Shown: positions 32,123 to 41,469, counted from the first letter of the stretch. The stretch: DNA of 64,000 nucleotides from Pseudomonadota bacterium (GCA_021811085.1 JAJZPQ010000008.1:18498-82497); one strand, 5' to 3'. Made by a program: numbers and translations. Notes: generated by a model from the sequence alone, not told the origin.

Positions 32123-34348
32123 CTATGCGAATCCTTTCAGCGGGCTCATGCCGATCTCGTTGATTTTGGCGGCGTAGTCGTTGATCAGCTGCGGCACGCG
32201 CGCGATGTCGGTGATCGCAACCTCGTGGCTGATCACCCGCTCGGCTTCGAGCGAGAGCTGCTTCAGCGTGTCGTCGACCTTGCTCATGCGCACGCTGGCA
32301 AGTTCCGAGCCTTTGACGAAGTGGCACTGGTAGTCGTCGCCGTGCTTGCAGCCCAGCATCATGATGCCGTCGTAGCCCGCGTTGAGCGCGTCGGTGATCC
32401 AGATGGTGTTGACCGAACCGAGGCAGCGCACCGGGATCACGCGCACGAAGGCGCTGTAGCAGTTCTTCTGCATCCCCGCCATGTCGATCGCCGGATAGGC
32501 GTCGTTTTCGCAGGCGAGCACCAGGATGCGCGGCTTCTCGGAGAACTCGTCGGGTACGTCCACCGCCTTGATCTGCGCGCCGACGGTGTCGCAGGAATAA
32601 TTTTCGAACGAGATCACCCGCACCGGGCAGGCGCCCATGCAGGTACCGCAGCGCCGGCAGCGGCTTTCGTTGAACACCGGATAGCGCTTTTCGTCCTCGT
32701 CGATGGCGCCGAACGGGCATTCCACGGTGCAGCGCTTGCACTGGGTGCAGCCATCGAGTTGCACGATCGGGTAGGAAAGGTCGCCCGAGCGCGGATGCGC
32801 GGCGCGGCCGAGCCCGGCGTTTTCCATCGCCTGGATCGCTTTCAGCGTGGCGCCGGCTGCATCCTCGGTCGCCTGCGCCACGTCCATCGGGCGGCGCACC
32901 GGGCCGGCGGAGTAGATGCCGGTGCGGCGCGTTTCATAGGGAAAGCAGATGAAGTGCGAATCGGTGAAGCCCTGCGTAAGCTGCGGCAGATCCTTGCCCT
33001 GGCGGTAGGTCAGGTTGAGGATGGACACCGGCTTCACTTCCATTTTCGCCACTTCTTCCTCGGGGATGTCGATGTTCACCCCGGAATTCGGCACCTGCCC
33101 GGTGGCGAGTACCACCAGGTCGGCGCCGGCGATGGTGGCGTCCTCGTCCAGGATCAGGTCGCGGAACTTCACCTCGCAGCCTTGGCCTTGGGCTTCGACC
33201 GAGGTCACCTTGCCTTTGGTGAAGATGACGCCCTTTCTCTGCGCGCTGCGGTAAAAGTCCTCGCCGTTACCCGGCATGCGCAGGTCGTCGTAGATCACCA
33301 CCGTGTTGATCGCGGGGTTGGCGTCCTTGAAATACATCGCCTGCTTGACGCTCGCGCCGCAGCAAAAACCGGAGCAGTAGGCCAGGTGCTTGCCCGACTC
33401 GTCGCGCTGCCCGGCGCATTGCACGAACACCACGGTGTTCACTTCGCCGCCGTCGCCAGGCCGGCGGATCGGCTGCCCCTTGGCCGCGCCATCCGCGGCC
33501 AGGCGTTCGAGGGTCGCCTGGTCGATCACGTTCGCGCTCTTGCCGCCGCCGAGTTCGGGCAGCTTGGCGATGTCGTAGGTGGTGAAACCGGTCGCCTGGA
33601 CGATCGCGCCGACTTCCTCGGTCACGGACGAACCGCTCTCCACGCTGATGTCGACCTTGAACCGTCCCGGCGCGCCGTCGGTCTTGGCGATGACGGCGTT
33701 GGTGTGGACCTTGATGTTGCGGTCGCCCTTCACCGCCGCGATGAGTTCGTTCATGCCGCTGTCTTGCGGATCGGCATAGGGTTCGCGCACCGGCATGCGC
33801 TTATGCAGCGTCGCCGCCCAGCCGCCGAGGCTGCCGGATTTCTCCACCAGCACCACCTGGTAGCCGGTTTTGGAGGCTTCCAGCGCGGCAGTGAGGCCGG
33901 AGACGCCGCCGCCCACCACCAGCAGGCGCTTCGCGTGCCCGGTGTCCGGGTTGCCTCCGGGCAGCTTCATCTTCTTCAGTTCGCCGCAACCCATGCGCAG
34001 GTAGTCGTCGGCCATCTCCTGCGTGGTTTCGCGCGCTTCCGCGGTATCGGGCCGGGCCCAGATCACGCCTTCGCGGATATTGGCGCGCGCGACCGCCGCG
34101 CTCGGAAAATAAAACGCCTCGGTCTTGGCGCGGCGCGAACAAGCGGCGATCACCGCGTGCGTGACGCCTTCCTTGTCGATGTCGTCGCGGATCAATTGCA
34201 CGCCGGCGGCGCTGCACAGGAAGTCGTGCTCGCGCACGAGGTGCATCTTGCCTTCCTTGGTCGCGATCTTGGCCATTTGCGCGGTGTCGACGCGCTCGCC
34301 GATGCCGCAGCCCTTGCAGATGTAGGCGGCTGTTTTCATGTCGGCCAT
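32123..34348 (-). CDS. qmoB: Quinone-interacting membrane-bound oxidoreductase complex subunit B (HdrA-like flavoprotein with MvhD-like C-terminus)
   Basis: 741 aa with FAD motif LLVVGGGVSGLTAALEA, ferredoxin-type Cys clusters (CTQCKRCTVECP, CRRCGTCMGACP) and a C-terminal MvhD-like domain (ILVLACENDAYPAID...GCKHGDDYQCHF). Confidence 0.85.
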   Translation of the reverse strand: MADMKTAAYICKGCGIGERVDTAQMAKIATKEGKMHLVREHDFLCSAAGVQLIRDDIDKEGVTHAVIAACSRRAKTEAFYFPSAAVARANIREGVIWARPDTAEARETTQEMADDYLRMGCGELKKMKLPGGNPDTGHAKRLLVVGGGVSGLTAALEASKTGYQVVLVEKSGSLGGWAATLHKRMPVREPYADPQDSGMNELIAAVKGDRNIKVHTNAVIAKTDGAPGRFKVDISVESGSSVTEEVGAIVQATGFTTYDIAKLPELGGGKSANVIDQATLERLAADGAAKGQPIRRPGDGGEVNTVVFVQCAGQRDESGKHLAYCSGFCCGASVKQAMYFKDANPAINTVVIYDDLRMPGNGEDFYRSAQRKGVIFTKGKVTSVEAQGQGCEVKFRDLILDEDATIAGADLVVLATGQVPNSGVNIDIPEEEVAKMEVKPVSILNLTYRQGKDLPQLTQGFTDSHFICFPYETRRTGIYSAGPVRRPMDVAQATEDAAGATLKAIQAMENAGLGRAAHPRSGDLSYPIVQLDGCTQCKRCTVECPFGAIDEDEKRYPVFNESRCRRCGTCMGACPVRVISFENYSCDTVGAQIKAVDVPDEFSEKPRILVLACENDAYPAIDMAGMQKNCYSAFVRVIPVRCLGSVNTIWITDALNAGYDGIMMLGCKHGDDYQCHFVKGSELASVRMSKVDDTLKQLSLEAERVISHEVAITDIARVPQLINDYAAKINEIGMSPLKGFA

Positions 34349-34353
34349 TTGTG

Positions 34354-35637
34354 TTATGCCTCTGCTCTAGCTACTTTGTTGATGACTTGTATCGCGCGCA
34401 ACGCCGCCGCGGTGGAGCTTTGCACCGCGCGGTTCACGTCGAGCGCATTGGTGGCGCAGCCGGCGCCGAAGAATCCGGACTCCGCCGCCGAGGATTCGAT
34501 GAAGCCGCTCGAATCGGCGACGATCTCCGCCGGGATGTCCACGCCCGCCACGCTGGGCTGCATGCCGATCGCGAGCACCGCCATGTCGTGCGCATTGGCG
34601 TAGCGGTGGTAGCCTTCGGTGTCCACGCCGTGCAGGATCACGTCGCCCGATTTGTCCTGGGTGACTTTCGCCACCTTGGACTTGAGAAAGCTCACGCTCG
34701 GATCCCGCTGCACCTTCTGGTAGAAGTCCTCGAAGCGGTCGATGGCGCGGATGTCGATGTAATACACCGTGGATTTCGCCGCCTCGCCCCAGGCCTCTTT
34801 CACATACTGGGTCTGCTTGAGCGAAGCCATGCAGCAGATGCGCGAGCAATGGCGCAGATGGTTCTCGTCGCGCGAGCCGGCGCACTGGATGAAGGCGATG
34901 TTCTTCGCTTCCTTGCCGTCCGAGGGGCGCAGGATCTTGCCGCCGGTCGGTCCGTGGGGATCGGCGAGGCGCTCGAACTCGAGCGAGGTGATCACGTTGG
35001 CGAAACGGTCGTAGCCGTAGGGCTGGATTTTCGCCGCGTCGTAGGGCTGCCAGCCGGTGGCCCAGATCACCGCACCGGCCTTGATGGTGATCGTCTCCTC
35101 GCGCATCTCCAGATCGATCGCGCCGTATTTGCACGCGGCCTTGGCTTTATCGGCGTCGGCGGTGCCGATGACCGAGGCGTCGAGCACATAGCGCTGCGGA
35201 TAGGCCATCGCGTGCGGCAGGTAGGCGGCCTTCATTTTGTCCAGGCCGTAGTTGTATGGGTTGGGCACTTCGGCCGCTACCGCGCCGGCGCAGTCGCCGC
35301 AGGCGGTGCAATTCTCGTTGACGTAGCGCGGCGCGATTTTCACGGTCGCGCTGTAGTCGCCGCGTTTGCCCGAAATCGCGCTGACCTCGGCCAGCGTGAG
35401 CACGCGGATGTTGCGGTTGGCCTTGATCCGGCGCAGGTTGATTTCCAGGCCGCAAATCGGATGGCACAGCTTGGGGAAATAGCGGTACAAGAGCGCGGTG
35501 CGCCCGCCCAGCGTGGGGGATTTTTCCACCAGCACCACTTGTTTCCCGCATTCGGCGGCTTCGAGCGCGGCGGTCATGCCGCTGATGCCGCCGCCGACCA
35601 CGAGGATGGTCTGATTGGTTGCTACGACTTCAGTCAT
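34354..35637 (-). CDS. qmoA: Quinone-interacting membrane-bound oxidoreductase complex subunit A (HdrA-like flavoprotein)
   Basis: ORF 34354-35673; the likely start is ATG 35637 (MTEVVATNQTILVVGGGISGMTAALEAAECGK), preceded by GGAGGT. About 427 aa. Confidence 0.85.
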   Translation of the reverse strand: MTEVVATNQTILVVGGGISGMTAALEAAECGKQVVLVEKSPTLGGRTALLYRYFPKLCHPICGLEINLRRIKANRNIRVLTLAEVSAISGKRGDYSATVKIAPRYVNENCTACGDCAGAVAAEVPNPYNYGLDKMKAAYLPHAMAYPQRYVLDASVIGTADADKAKAACKYGAIDLEMREETITIKAGAVIWATGWQPYDAAKIQPYGYDRFANVITSLEFERLADPHGPTGGKILRPSDGKEAKNIAFIQCAGSRDENHLRHCSRICCMASLKQTQYVKEAWGEAAKSTVYYIDIRAIDRFEDFYQKVQRDPSVSFLKSKVAKVTQDKSGDVILHGVDTEGYHRYANAHDMAVLAIGMQPSVAGVDIPAEIVADSSGFIESSAAESGFFGAGCATNALDVNRAVQSSTAAALRAIQVINKVARAEA

Positions 35638-35816
35638 GCGTTTACCTCCGGCTCTGCTTTCTTTTATTCGCACGCGAATTTTAGCCGAGGCGTGCGCGAC
35701 TATCTACACGGCATGCAGTGCTTGCCCCCTGAATGTACTGATAGGCGGATAGACCATGTAAATCCGCTCTCGACCCGCGCTGATCCGGCTTGCGCGGCCG
35801 GCGTCCCGTCCGCGCG

Positions 35817-35867
35817 GATCGTCGATTGCGCAGGGATGAAAAGCGTATCCCTGCGCAATCGACGATC
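35817..35867. repeat. REP/BIME-like hairpin 1 (21-bp perfect stem, 9-nt loop)
   Basis: GATCGTCGATTGCGCAGGGAT-GAAAAGCGT-ATCCCTGCGCAATCGACGATC, in the spacer upstream of qmoA. Confidence 0.7.
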
Positions 35868-35906
35868 TTGGGTGGAAGCCCGACGCCATGACTGGTGTTT
35901 ACAAGT

Positions 35907-35957
35907 AACCGTGTTTTCCGTACGGATGCGCTTTTCATCCGTACGCAAAACACGGTT
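35907..35957. repeat. REP/BIME-like hairpin 2 (22-bp stem with one mismatch, 7-nt loop)
   Basis: AACCGTGTTTTCCGTACGGATG-CGCTTTT-CATCCGTACGCAAAACACGGTT. Its apex GGATGCGCTTTTCATCC is the inverted counterpart of the hairpin-1 apex GGATGAAAAGCGTATCC. Confidence 0.7.
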
Positions 35958-36013
35958 GGCGCGCGTAGCGCGCAGGTTTTGACGACCTCCGCACCCTTCG
36001 CGGTGCAACCTTG

Positions 36014-36235
36014 TCAGCCGAACTTGCTTTTCACCAGCAGCGAGCCGTCGAACGTCGTTCCGGGCGCAAAGCCGAATATGCGCTCGAGCTCGAGTTCGCG
36101 GATCAGCGCGTTCACTGCGTCCTGTCCGTGCTCGCGCTGCACTTCGGCCAGGATCAGTTTCGCGCCGTTGGCGTTATAGAAGCCGCCGAAGTCGGCTTGC
36201 ACGGCGAGCAGCTTCTTTGCTTTCTCCAGAGTCAT
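36014..36235 (-). CDS. Small hypothetical protein (73 aa)
   Basis: ORF MTLEKAKKLLAVQADFGGFYNANGAKLILAEVQREHGQDAVNALIRELELERIFGF... I recognised no family. The composition looks coding, and it is co-oriented with the upstream ORF at a 10-nt gap. Confidence 0.5.
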   Translation of the reverse strand: MTLEKAKKLLAVQADFGGFYNANGAKLILAEVQREHGQDAVNALIRELELERIFGFAPGTTFDGSLLVKSKFG

Positions 36236-36245
36236 CGGATTTGCG

Positions 36246-36638
36246 CTAACTGATCTGGCTGCCGGTCATTCCGCTGTGGATGCCCTGGCGCTGCTTTTCA
36301 TGATCGGCCTGCAATTGGAGCAGCAGGCCGACGCACTCGGCGAGTTCGTCGTATTCGTCGCGCCCGGTGCCGTAGTGCTCCTCGTCGGAGTAGAAGAACT
36401 GGCAGCGATAGCGATCTTCCGCAGTCTTGAAGACGAGGAAATTGCAGCCGCGCTCGCTCCAGAAAACGGTCGGACAGGTGGTGAGCACCGGTGCCCCCGG
36501 ATCGAGTTTCAGATCGCTGTCGGCCAACTCGATGGGCACGAAATGGCCATAGCGCTCCTTTAGCGCCGATTCGATCACCCAGCGTTCCGCGGAGTTGAAA
36601 TCGGGTATCGGCTTGACTGGGTCTTTCATGGTGTCCAT
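36246..36638 (-). CDS. Hypothetical protein (about 130 aa)
   Basis: ORF 36246-36680; the start is uncertain (36680, 36638 or 36629; no clear RBS). Sequence ...MKDPVKPIPDFNSAERWVIESALKERYGHFVPIELADSDLKLDPGAPVLTTCPTVFWSERGCNF... I recognised no family. Confidence 0.5.
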   Translation of the reverse strand: MDTMKDPVKPIPDFNSAERWVIESALKERYGHFVPIELADSDLKLDPGAPVLTTCPTVFWSERGCNFLVFKTAEDRYRCQFFYSDEEHYGTGRDEYDELAECVGLLLQLQADHEKQRQGIHSGMTGSQIS

Positions 36639-36780
36639 CGTTAAAAGATTGCCAATAAACACAACGTTACCACTATGCATAAGTAGGAAACATTACCCTT
36701 GCTTATGGAGAAATCAGATTTCTCAGCTTGTGCCGCAAAAACGTTGATATAGAGTAGCCCCCTTTCTGCAAAAGGGCGCA

Positions 36781-39720
36781 TTGCCGAACCCAACCGTGAC
36801 ACAAACAGCAGCAGCCGACTCCTCCGTCCGCAGCGAAGTCAAGCATACCACTTGCTACATGTGCGCATGCCGCTGCGGCATACGCGTGCACTTGCGCGAG
36901 GGCGAAGTGCGCTACATCGACGGCAATCCGGAACACCCGCTCAACCGCGGCGTGATCTGCGCCAAAGGTGCGTCGGGCATCATGAAGCAGTATTCGCCGG
37001 CCCGCCTGACCAGGCCCTTGATGCGCAAGCCCGGCTCGGCGCGCGGCGACAACCAGTTCGAAGAAGTCAGCTGGGACGAGGCGTTCAATCTGCTGCAGGA
37101 ACGCCTCGCGCGCATCCGCGCGACCGACCCGAAGAAATTTGCGCTGTTTACCGGCCGCGATCAAATGCAGGCGTTGACCGGCTTGTTCGCGCGCCAGTTC
37201 GGCACGCCCAATTACGCCGCGCATGGCGGTTTCTGCTCGGTCAACATGGCGGCGGGCATGATTTACACCATCGGCGGCTCGTTCTGGGAGTTCGGCGGCC
37301 CGGACTTGGAGCGCGCCAAGCTGTTCGTGATGATAGGCACGGCGGAGGACCATCATTCGAATCCGCTCAAGATCGCGATCTCCAAATTCAAGCGATCCGG
37401 CGGGCGCTTCATTTCGATCAACCCGGTGCGCACCGGCTATTCGGCCATCGCCGACGAGTGGGTGCCGATCAAGCCCGGCACCGACGGCGCGCTGCTGCTC
37501 GCGCTGACCCACGAAATCATCCACACCGGCCTCTACGACCGGGAATTCCTCGCGCGCTATACCAATGCGGGGTACTTGATCGACACCGATCCGACGTCGG
37601 AATCGCGCGGCATGCCGGTGCGCGATGCGAGCCGCCACGAAGAGATACCCGAATACCCGCGCAACATGCTTTGGTGGAACCGCCTGAGCGAACAGCCCGC
37701 ACCCTGCCACCAACCCGAGGCGGATCCCTATCTGCTCGGACAATTCACGCTCGCCGACGGCACGCCGGTCAAGCCGGCGTTCCAGTTGCTGCTCGAGCGG
37801 GTAAAGGATTACACGCCGGAATGGGCCGAGGGCATCACCGGCATACCCGCGGCGACCATACGCCGCCTCGCGCACGAAATGGGCGTGACCGCGCGCGACC
37901 AGAAGATCGAATTGCCGATCGCCTGGACCGACAGCTGGGGCACCGAGCACGAAAAGATCACCGGAAATCCGGTCGCGTTCCACGCGATGCGCGGTCTGGC
38001 GGCGCACTCCAACGGCTTTCAGACCATACGCGCGCTCGCGATCCTGATGAGCCTGCTCGGCACCATCGACCGGCCGGGCGGCTTTCGCCACAAGGCGCCA
38101 TTTCCGCGCGGCATCCCGCCGCTGGCGAAGACGCCCAAGGGCCCCGAGGGCGTACGGCCCGATACGCCGCTTGCCGGACTCGCGCTCGGCTGGCCGGGCA
38201 ATCCCGACGACCTATTCGTGGACGCCGACAACAAACCGGTGCGCATCGACAAGGCGTTTTCCTGGGAATACCCGCTGTCGGTGCATGGCCTGATGCACAA
38301 CGTAATCACGAATGCCTGGCGCGGCGATCCCTATCGCATCGACACGCTGATGATTTTCATGGCCAACATGGCGTGGAACTCGAGCATGAACACGATGGAA
38401 GTACGGCGCATGCTCAACGACCGGGACAAGAACGGCGACGGCGCCGGCGAATACAAGATTCCGTTCATCGTGGTGTGCGATGCGTTCCAGTCGGAAATGA
38501 CGGCGTTTGCCGACCTGATCCTTCCCGACACCACCTATCTCGAGCGCCACGACGTGATGTCCATGCTCGACCGGCCGATTTCGGAATTCGAAGGCCCGGT
38601 GGACTCGGTGCGCGTGCCGGTGCTGCCGCCTACGGGTGCGTGCAAGCCGTTTCAGGAAGTGCTGATCGAACTCGCCGGCAGATTGAAGCTGCCCGCGTTC
38701 GTCAACGCCGACGGCAGCCGCAAGTACCGCGACTACCCCGATTTCATCGTCAACTATGAAACCGAGCCCGGTTCCGGCATAGGCTTTCTCGCCGGCTGGC
38801 GCGGCAAGGGCGGGGAAAAGTTCATGCAGGGCGAGCCCAATCCGCGCCAATGGGAGATGTACGCCAAGAACAACTGCGTGTTCCAGCTCAAGCTGCCGCC
38901 TTCCTACCAGTACATGCGCAACTGGAACAAGGGCTATCACGAGTGGGCGCAGAGGACGCGTCTGCGCCGCCACGCCGATCCGATCGTGATCCAAATCTAT
39001 TCCGAGGTGCTGCAGAAATTCCGCATGGCGGCGCAGGGCAGGGGAACGTCGAAGCGGCGCCCGCCGGCGCATCTGGCAAAGCGCGTCGAAACCTATTTCG
39101 ATCCGCTGCCGTTCTATTACGAGCCGCTCGAAGCGCAGGCGACCGACACGCACAGGTACCCGCTGAACGCGATTACGCAGCGCCCGATGGCCATGTACCA
39201 CTCCTGGGACTCGCAGAACGCCTGGCTGCGCCAGATTCACGCGCACAACTATCTGTTCGTCAATCCGGCCGCGGCGCGCGCGCAGGGCATTGCCGACGAC
39301 GACTGGATCTGGGTCGAGTCGATGTGGGGCAAGGTGCGCTGCATGGCGCGCTACTCGGAGGCGGTGGAGCCGGGCACGGTGTGGACCTGGAATGCGATCG
39401 GCAAGGCGCCCGGCGCCTGGAACCTCGCGCCCGGCGCCAACGAAGCCGGGCTCGGCTTCCTGCTGAATCATCTGATCAGCGACGAACTGCCCCGCCCGGC
39501 GCAGGCGCGGGCGCAAGGCGCCGTTCCGGGAAGACCGCTGTCCAACTCCGACCCGGTAACCGGCCAGGCCGGCTGGTACGACGTGCGCGTGCGCATCTGC
39601 AAGGCAGGCGCAGACGAGGCCGAGCAGTCCTGGCCGCAGGTCGCCGCGGTTGGCGCCCTGCCGGGCATGGACCGGGTGCGCAACACCTGGCTCGCCTTCG
39701 TCGCCGGGAAGAAGAAATGA
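36781..39720 (+). CDS. soeA: Molybdopterin (bis-MGD) oxidoreductase catalytic subunit, SoeA-like cytoplasmic sulfite dehydrogenase
   Basis: 979 aa with the N-terminal FeS motif CYMCACRCG...VICAKG and no twin-arginine signal peptide. It is followed by a 4-cluster ferredoxin and an NrfD/DmsC-like membrane subunit. The start codon is uncertain (TTG 36781 or GTG 36796). Confidence 0.8.
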   Translation: MPNPTVTQTAAADSSVRSEVKHTTCYMCACRCGIRVHLREGEVRYIDGNPEHPLNRGVICAKGASGIMKQYSPARLTRPLMRKPGSARGDNQFEEVSWDEAFNLLQERLARIRATDPKKFALFTGRDQMQALTGLFARQFGTPNYAAHGGFCSVNMAAGMIYTIGGSFWEFGGPDLERAKLFVMIGTAEDHHSNPLKIAISKFKRSGGRFISINPVRTGYSAIADEWVPIKPGTDGALLLALTHEIIHTGLYDREFLARYTNAGYLIDTDPTSESRGMPVRDASRHEEIPEYPRNMLWWNRLSEQPAPCHQPEADPYLLGQFTLADGTPVKPAFQLLLERVKDYTPEWAEGITGIPAATIRRLAHEMGVTARDQKIELPIAWTDSWGTEHEKITGNPVAFHAMRGLAAHSNGFQTIRALAILMSLLGTIDRPGGFRHKAPFPRGIPPLAKTPKGPEGVRPDTPLAGLALGWPGNPDDLFVDADNKPVRIDKAFSWEYPLSVHGLMHNVITNAWRGDPYRIDTLMIFMANMAWNSSMNTMEVRRMLNDRDKNGDGAGEYKIPFIVVCDAFQSEMTAFADLILPDTTYLERHDVMSMLDRPISEFEGPVDSVRVPVLPPTGACKPFQEVLIELAGRLKLPAFVNADGSRKYRDYPDFIVNYETEPGSGIGFLAGWRGKGGEKFMQGEPNPRQWEMYAKNNCVFQLKLPPSYQYMRNWNKGYHEWAQRTRLRRHADPIVIQIYSEVLQKFRMAAQGRGTSKRRPPAHLAKRVETYFDPLPFYYEPLEAQATDTHRYPLNAITQRPMAMYHSWDSQNAWLRQIHAHNYLFVNPAAARAQGIADDDWIWVESMWGKVRCMARYSEAVEPGTVWTWNAIGKAPGAWNLAPGANEAGLGFLLNHLISDELPRPAQARAQGAVPGRPLSNSDPVTGQAGWYDVRVRICKAGADEAEQSWPQVAAVGALPGMDRVRNTWLAFVAGKKK

Positions 39721-40451
39721 GCAAGCAGCTCGCACTGGTGATCGACCTCAATGTCTGCGTCGGCTGCCATGCCTGCGTCACCAGCTGCAAGGAATGGAAC
39801 ACCTCGGGCGCGGCCGGTTTTCTTTCGGATGACCGTCCGTACGGCCGCGATCCGACCGGCACTTTTTTCAACCGCGTGCAGACATTCGAAGTGGGCGAGT
39901 TTCCCCATACGCAGACAGTGCATTTCCCCAAGTCCTGCCTGCACTGCGAGGACCCGCCCTGCGTGCCGGTGTGTCCCACGGGCGCGAGCTACAAGCGCGC
40001 CGAGGACGGCATCGTGCTGGTCGACTACGACAAGTGCATAGGCTGCAAGTACTGCAGCTGGGCCTGTCCCTACGGCGCGCGCGAGCTCGACGAGCACCAG
40101 AAGGTGATGAAGAAATGCACTCTGTGCGTGGACCGCATTTATGATGAGCACCTGCCTGCGGCGGAGCGCAAGCCCGCCTGCGTCATGGCCTGTCCCACCA
40201 GCGCGCGCCTGTTCGGCGACGTACACGACGCGGAGTCGGCGGTGTCGCGGGCGATACGCGACGCGGGCGGCTATGCGCTGATGCCCGAGTGGGGCACGCA
40301 CCCGGCCAACCACTACTTGCCGCGGCGCAAGACCGAGATCACGCTGCATCGCGACGAGCTCGAGCGCGTGGACAATCCGCTCAAGATCGACGGCAAGCTG
40401 CCCAAGCCCGACGTCAAAGCGCCGTCGCTCGACGACAGCACTACCTGGTAA
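39717..40451 (+). CDS. soeB: 4x[4Fe-4S] ferredoxin subunit, SoeB-like
   Basis: ATG 39717 overlaps the soeA stop (ATGA). MSKQLALVIDLNVCVGCHACVTSCKEWN..., CLHCEDPPCVPVCP, CIGCKYCSWACP, CTLCVDR...CVMACP. 244 aa. Confidence 0.87.
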   Translation: MSKQLALVIDLNVCVGCHACVTSCKEWNTSGAAGFLSDDRPYGRDPTGTFFNRVQTFEVGEFPHTQTVHFPKSCLHCEDPPCVPVCPTGASYKRAEDGIVLVDYDKCIGCKYCSWACPYGARELDEHQKVMKKCTLCVDRIYDEHLPAAERKPACVMACPTSARLFGDVHDAESAVSRAIRDAGGYALMPEWGTHPANHYLPRRKTEITLHRDELERVDNPLKIDGKLPKPDVKAPSLDDSTTW

Positions 40452-40456
40452 GCGCG

Positions 40457-41401
40457 ATGCGTCCTGCCTTCTCCGTTATTTTTCTCACCACGCTCATCGG
40501 CGCAGGGCAGGGCTTGTTCGTCGCGCTCTATTCGGCCGAGTTCGGTGCCTGGCTGAGTTTCTGGGCCATGCCCTCGGCGCAATACTTTTCGCTGGGCTGC
40601 GTGCTTGTCCTCGCGCTGCTTGGCGCAGGACTGTTCGCCTCGTTCTTCCATTTGGGCCGCCCCGAGCGCGCCTGGCGTTCGGCCGCGATGTGGCGCAACT
40701 CGTGGCTGTCGCGCGAGGTGATCGTGCTCCCTCTCTTCATGGCCGCGGTGGCGGCCTACGGCCTGGCGCATCATCTGCGCGGCGCGGGAGACTTGACCCT
40801 GACGCTCGGCGGCGCGGGCGTGGCGCTGGCGCTGCTGTTGTTCGTGTGCACCGGCATGATTTACGCCTGCCTGCCGTTTCTGCAGGAATGGCATACGCCG
40901 CTCACGGTGATCAACTACCTGCTGCTCGGCTGTGCCTCCGGTTTTCTGCTGAGCACGGCCTGGGCGGCGGTGCAGGCGCCCGCGCTGTTGGTGACTGCGG
41001 CCGCATGGACCGCCGGAGTCACGCTGGTTGCCCTGGTAATGCGCGGCGCCGCGCTCGTGCGCGATGCAAGCCTGCGGCCGAAGTCGACACTGCAAACGGC
41101 CATCGGCGTGAAGCACCCGCGCATCGCGCAGAAGGCGCAGGGTTTCATGGGCGGATCGTTCAATACGCGCGACTTCTTTCATGGGAAGTCGTTTGCCTGG
41201 CTGCGCCTGGTGAAATGGGGATTCCTGCTGCTGGTGTTCCCGCTGCCGCTGGCGCTGCTCGCGGGGGGGGCGGCCTTGGCATCCTGGCCGGTATTGGCGG
41301 CGGCTTTCCTGCTGCAGTACCTGGGCCTGCTGATCGAGCGCTGGTTCTTTTTCGCGCAAGCGCGGCACCCGCAGAACCTTTACTATCAGGCCATATCCTG
41401 A
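40457..41401 (+). CDS. soeC: NrfD/DmsC-type integral membrane anchor, SoeC-like
   Basis: In-frame ATG 40457 within ORF 40289-41401 (MRPAFSVIFLTTLIGAGQGLFVALY...). About 314 aa, multi-TM, 5 nt after the soeB stop. Confidence 0.8.
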   Translation: MRPAFSVIFLTTLIGAGQGLFVALYSAEFGAWLSFWAMPSAQYFSLGCVLVLALLGAGLFASFFHLGRPERAWRSAAMWRNSWLSREVIVLPLFMAAVAAYGLAHHLRGAGDLTLTLGGAGVALALLLFVCTGMIYACLPFLQEWHTPLTVINYLLLGCASGFLLSTAWAAVQAPALLVTAAAWTAGVTLVALVMRGAALVRDASLRPKSTLQTAIGVKHPRIAQKAQGFMGGSFNTRDFFHGKSFAWLRLVKWGFLLLVFPLPLALLAGGAALASWPVLAAAFLLQYLGLLIERWFFFAQARHPQNLYYQAIS

Positions 41402-41469
41402 CGAAATAAGCGCTAAGCATAGGCCAGCATCACCCACCCACGAACCATCCACCGAGAGAGGTAGCGATC

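Noticed and set aside
32225-35982. Plus-strand ORFs of 792 aa (32225-34603) and 543 aa (34351-35982) over qmoB and qmoA.
   Set aside because: They are antisense to genes with FAD, FeS and MvhD motifs. The second also runs across the REP-like hairpins, which is not coding-like.
35681-36008. Small ORFs (61-102 aa, both strands) across the qmoA upstream spacer.
   Set aside because: They are built from the two long palindromes and so read similarly on both strands. They have no RBS and no coding-like composition.
36703-39735. Minus-strand ORFs of 462 aa and 507 aa, and a 635-aa alternative plus frame, over soeA.
   Set aside because: They are shadows of the molybdopterin oxidoreductase gene and have no motifs.
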